Source of the DNA: Felis catus
Taxonomy: Eukaryota
Direction of reading: 5' to 3'
DNA length: 64,000 nt
Assembly (NCBI RefSeq): GCF_018350175.1
Contig: NC_058368.1
Location: forward strand, 204,478,001 to 204,542,000
The stretch's first letter is position 1. Each line of letters opens with the position of its first letter. Of this stretch, positions 61,751-64,000 are shown piece after piece. Below the pieces are notes generated by a model. The model did no database searches. It was given only the letters and a program-made list of their open reading frames with translations, and was not told where the DNA came from. A program made the position numbers and the translations under genes.

Positions 61751-62725
61751 TTTTAAAGGAGCAACTTTGTAAAGCAGAGGAACAGATTCAGGCAACTGGG
61801 CAAGAAATGGTCTTTCTGGCCAAAGAACGTAGTGATGCTGTGAATGTGGGAGATCAAACAATGGCAGAGCTGCATGCTGCACAGCTGGAAGGTGAGAAAG
61901 TCAAAAAGCAGGTAGCTGATGCTGTGGCAGGACATCAACTAAATGCTGCGAAAAGAGATCAGGAAGAGACTGATACATGGGTGCACGATATGAGAAGAGA
62001 AGTGGAAAATTTGAAACATCATCTTCAGATGGCAGCAGATCATTAATTACAAAGATAATTCAAGGAATGCCAGAGGGGCCCCAAACAAATAAATACACTT
62101 TCAGACCAATCAGCCAGTAGCAACAGCGTATTCACCATGAAAATTGGGAATCGGCAGAAAGTAAAGGATGCCTCAATAAACACAGACCCAGCTACTGCTG
62201 GCTCTACTGTAGATGTAAAAGCCATCGCTGTCTGCAGCTGAGACAGTTTCTGCCCTTGTAACAAAGGGGCAAGTCTGTGAAATGACCAAGGACATTGCTG
62301 ACAAGACAAAAATATAATAAATGTAAACTACTCTTGCAGGATGAGAAAACAAAATGCAATAAATATGCTGATGAACTTGCAAAAGTGGAGTCAAAATAGA
62401 ACAAGTGAAGATTGCTGGAAACGTAAAACCAGCAGTGGTTGAAGTACAGGACAATGACAAACTTGAGAGAGAGACAAGGAAATAGATGGTCTAACTTCAC
62501 ATTTGGAAAACCTTTCCAGGAGCAAGGAACTTGAAAGAACTCTAGAAAATCAAGCAGAAAGGAAACGGAAGGTCAGAATTTCCAGGGTTCTCAGAAGATT
62601 TCACAGTGTCTCAACATATGCTCAGAGCAAAATGGTCATGTTGCTGCAGTGCTGAATATACAACCCGTTCTGCAATATGTTCATCCTTGTGCAACACAGG
62701 AAACCAGAGATGGAGCAGATGGTGC

Positions 62726-62921
62726 TTTTTTTAAAAAAAATGTATTTTATGTTTGAGAGAGAGAGAGCAAGTGGGGGAGGGCAGAGAGAGAGGAGAAACA
62801 GGGGATCCAAAGCAGCCTCTGTGCTGGCATCATGGAGCACGTGCAGGGCTCCAACTCAGGAACCCCTGAGATCATGCCCTGAGCAGAAATCTGACTCTTA
62901 ACAGAGCCACCCAGGCACCCC
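62726..62921 (-). mobile_element. CAN-SINE inside the retrocopy
   Basis: TSD cagatggtgcttttt. Confidence 0.92.
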
Positions 62922-63597
62922 ACAGATGGTGCTTTTTACCCAGATGAAATCTGAAGGGTACCTGTGAGAGCCCACTTGAGGACTGAAGATGATGGTCTTT
63001 GCAGCCAGCCTGCCAGATACCTTAGTCGGCCTGATGGTTTAGAAGATCTGAGGACAAGAAAGAAGATGAGAGTGTGCCCACTGCTCCTGACCCTCCAAGT
63101 CAAGCATTTACATGGGCACATGGGCGCAGGACAGGCTTTTGCTTTGATTCCAGCTTTGATGTTCACAAGAAGGGTCCCCTCTGCGAATTAATGTTCCCTC
63201 CCAACTATAATCAGAGCAAATTTGAAGAACATATTGAAAGTCACAGGCAGGTGTGCACAATGTGCAGCAAGCAGTCCCCTCCTGCCTGTGACCAGCAGGG
63301 CTTTGAAAGGCATGTGTAGACCCATTTTGATCATGGTTTAAATTTGACTAGTTATATTTTATTATGAGTTAGTAATCCAGTTTAGCCATTAAAAAAAAAA
63401 ATCACCTCAAATAGACCACTGTGGAGACCACACGGTATCACTTCCATGAACCGTCTACCACACTTTTCTGAACAAGGGCTACTTTTTAGTTATGTGTTGC
63501 TAGTGTCAGGGTCAATCATTGGCTTATCAATAAATATAATTGTAACTTCTGTTACTCTTACCAGCTCAAGATAAGACGTTTTTCTGTGTTTGTATCT

Positions 63598-63787
63598 TTT
63601 TTTTCTAATGTTTATTTATTTATTTTGAGAGTGGGGAAGGGCAGAGAGAGAGGGAGAGAGAGAATTGCAAACTGGCTCTGTGCTGACAGCGCAGGGCTCA
63701 GGACTTGATCTCAAGAACTATGAGAGCATGACCTGAGCTGAAATCAAGAGTTGGCTACTTAACTGAGTGAGCCACCCAGGTACCCCT
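63598..63787 (-). mobile_element. CAN-SINE inside the retrocopy 3'UTR
   Basis: TSD tctgtgtttgtatcttt. Confidence 0.92.
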
Positions 63788-64000
63788 CTGTGTTTGTATC
63801 TTTATTTATTCCTCACTTTGCAAAGGTATATGAATAAAAGAAATGGAGTATTTTAACGTTACTGTACTGAAAATGTATGTACATAGAGTGTGTTATTTAG
63901 CACAATATTTACAAGTTTCTGTTGACTTTGTTGATTGAGTGTGACTACCAAATATAATGTAATAAAAGTAATTTATCATAAAAAAGGTAAAGAAACTTTA

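Larger units (their letters stand above)
60146..63982 (+). pseudogene. TAX1BP1: TAX1BP1 processed pseudogene (full-length retrocopy)
   Basis: Intronless match from MTSFQQVPLQTSNFAHVIFQ (60268) through the SKICH domain, DMLVV LIR, coiled coils and UBZ fingers (PLCELMFPPNYNQSKFEEHIESH) to a stop at about 63351. Multiple stops and frameshifts. AATAAA at 63961-63966, short A tail, and perfect 16-bp TSD aaaggtaaagaaactt at 60130-60145 and 63983-63998. Confidence 0.97.

Overview
Mammalian genomic DNA from a carnivore, most likely a felid (about 30 tRNA-derived CAN-SINEs of the SINEC_Fc type plus carnivore L1s). The left end holds the 5' part of ZNF131 on the minus strand (CpG-island promoter, start-codon exon and the next BTB-domain exon). 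The rest is repeat-rich: three long L1s, L2, MIR, MaLR, a Tigger1 derivative, class I and class III ERV remnants, and a full-length TAX1BP1 processed pseudogene with a 16-bp target-site duplication at the right end. The main discovery is a cryptic, same-strand array of three ANXA2R (annexin A2 receptor)-family units, transcribed divergently from ZNF131, each in its own CpG island and sharing an upstream module. The unit at about 26.3-27.8 kb is a 5'-deleted pseudogene. The unit at 31080-31694 is an intact but very divergent 204-aa ORF with a TATA box and strong Kozak context. The unit at 47719-48078 is a recognisable but C-terminally truncated 119-aa copy whose start codon region is tandemly duplicated. 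Comparisons with human proteins are from memory and need a database check. Repeat boundaries are approximate unless a TSD is quoted.
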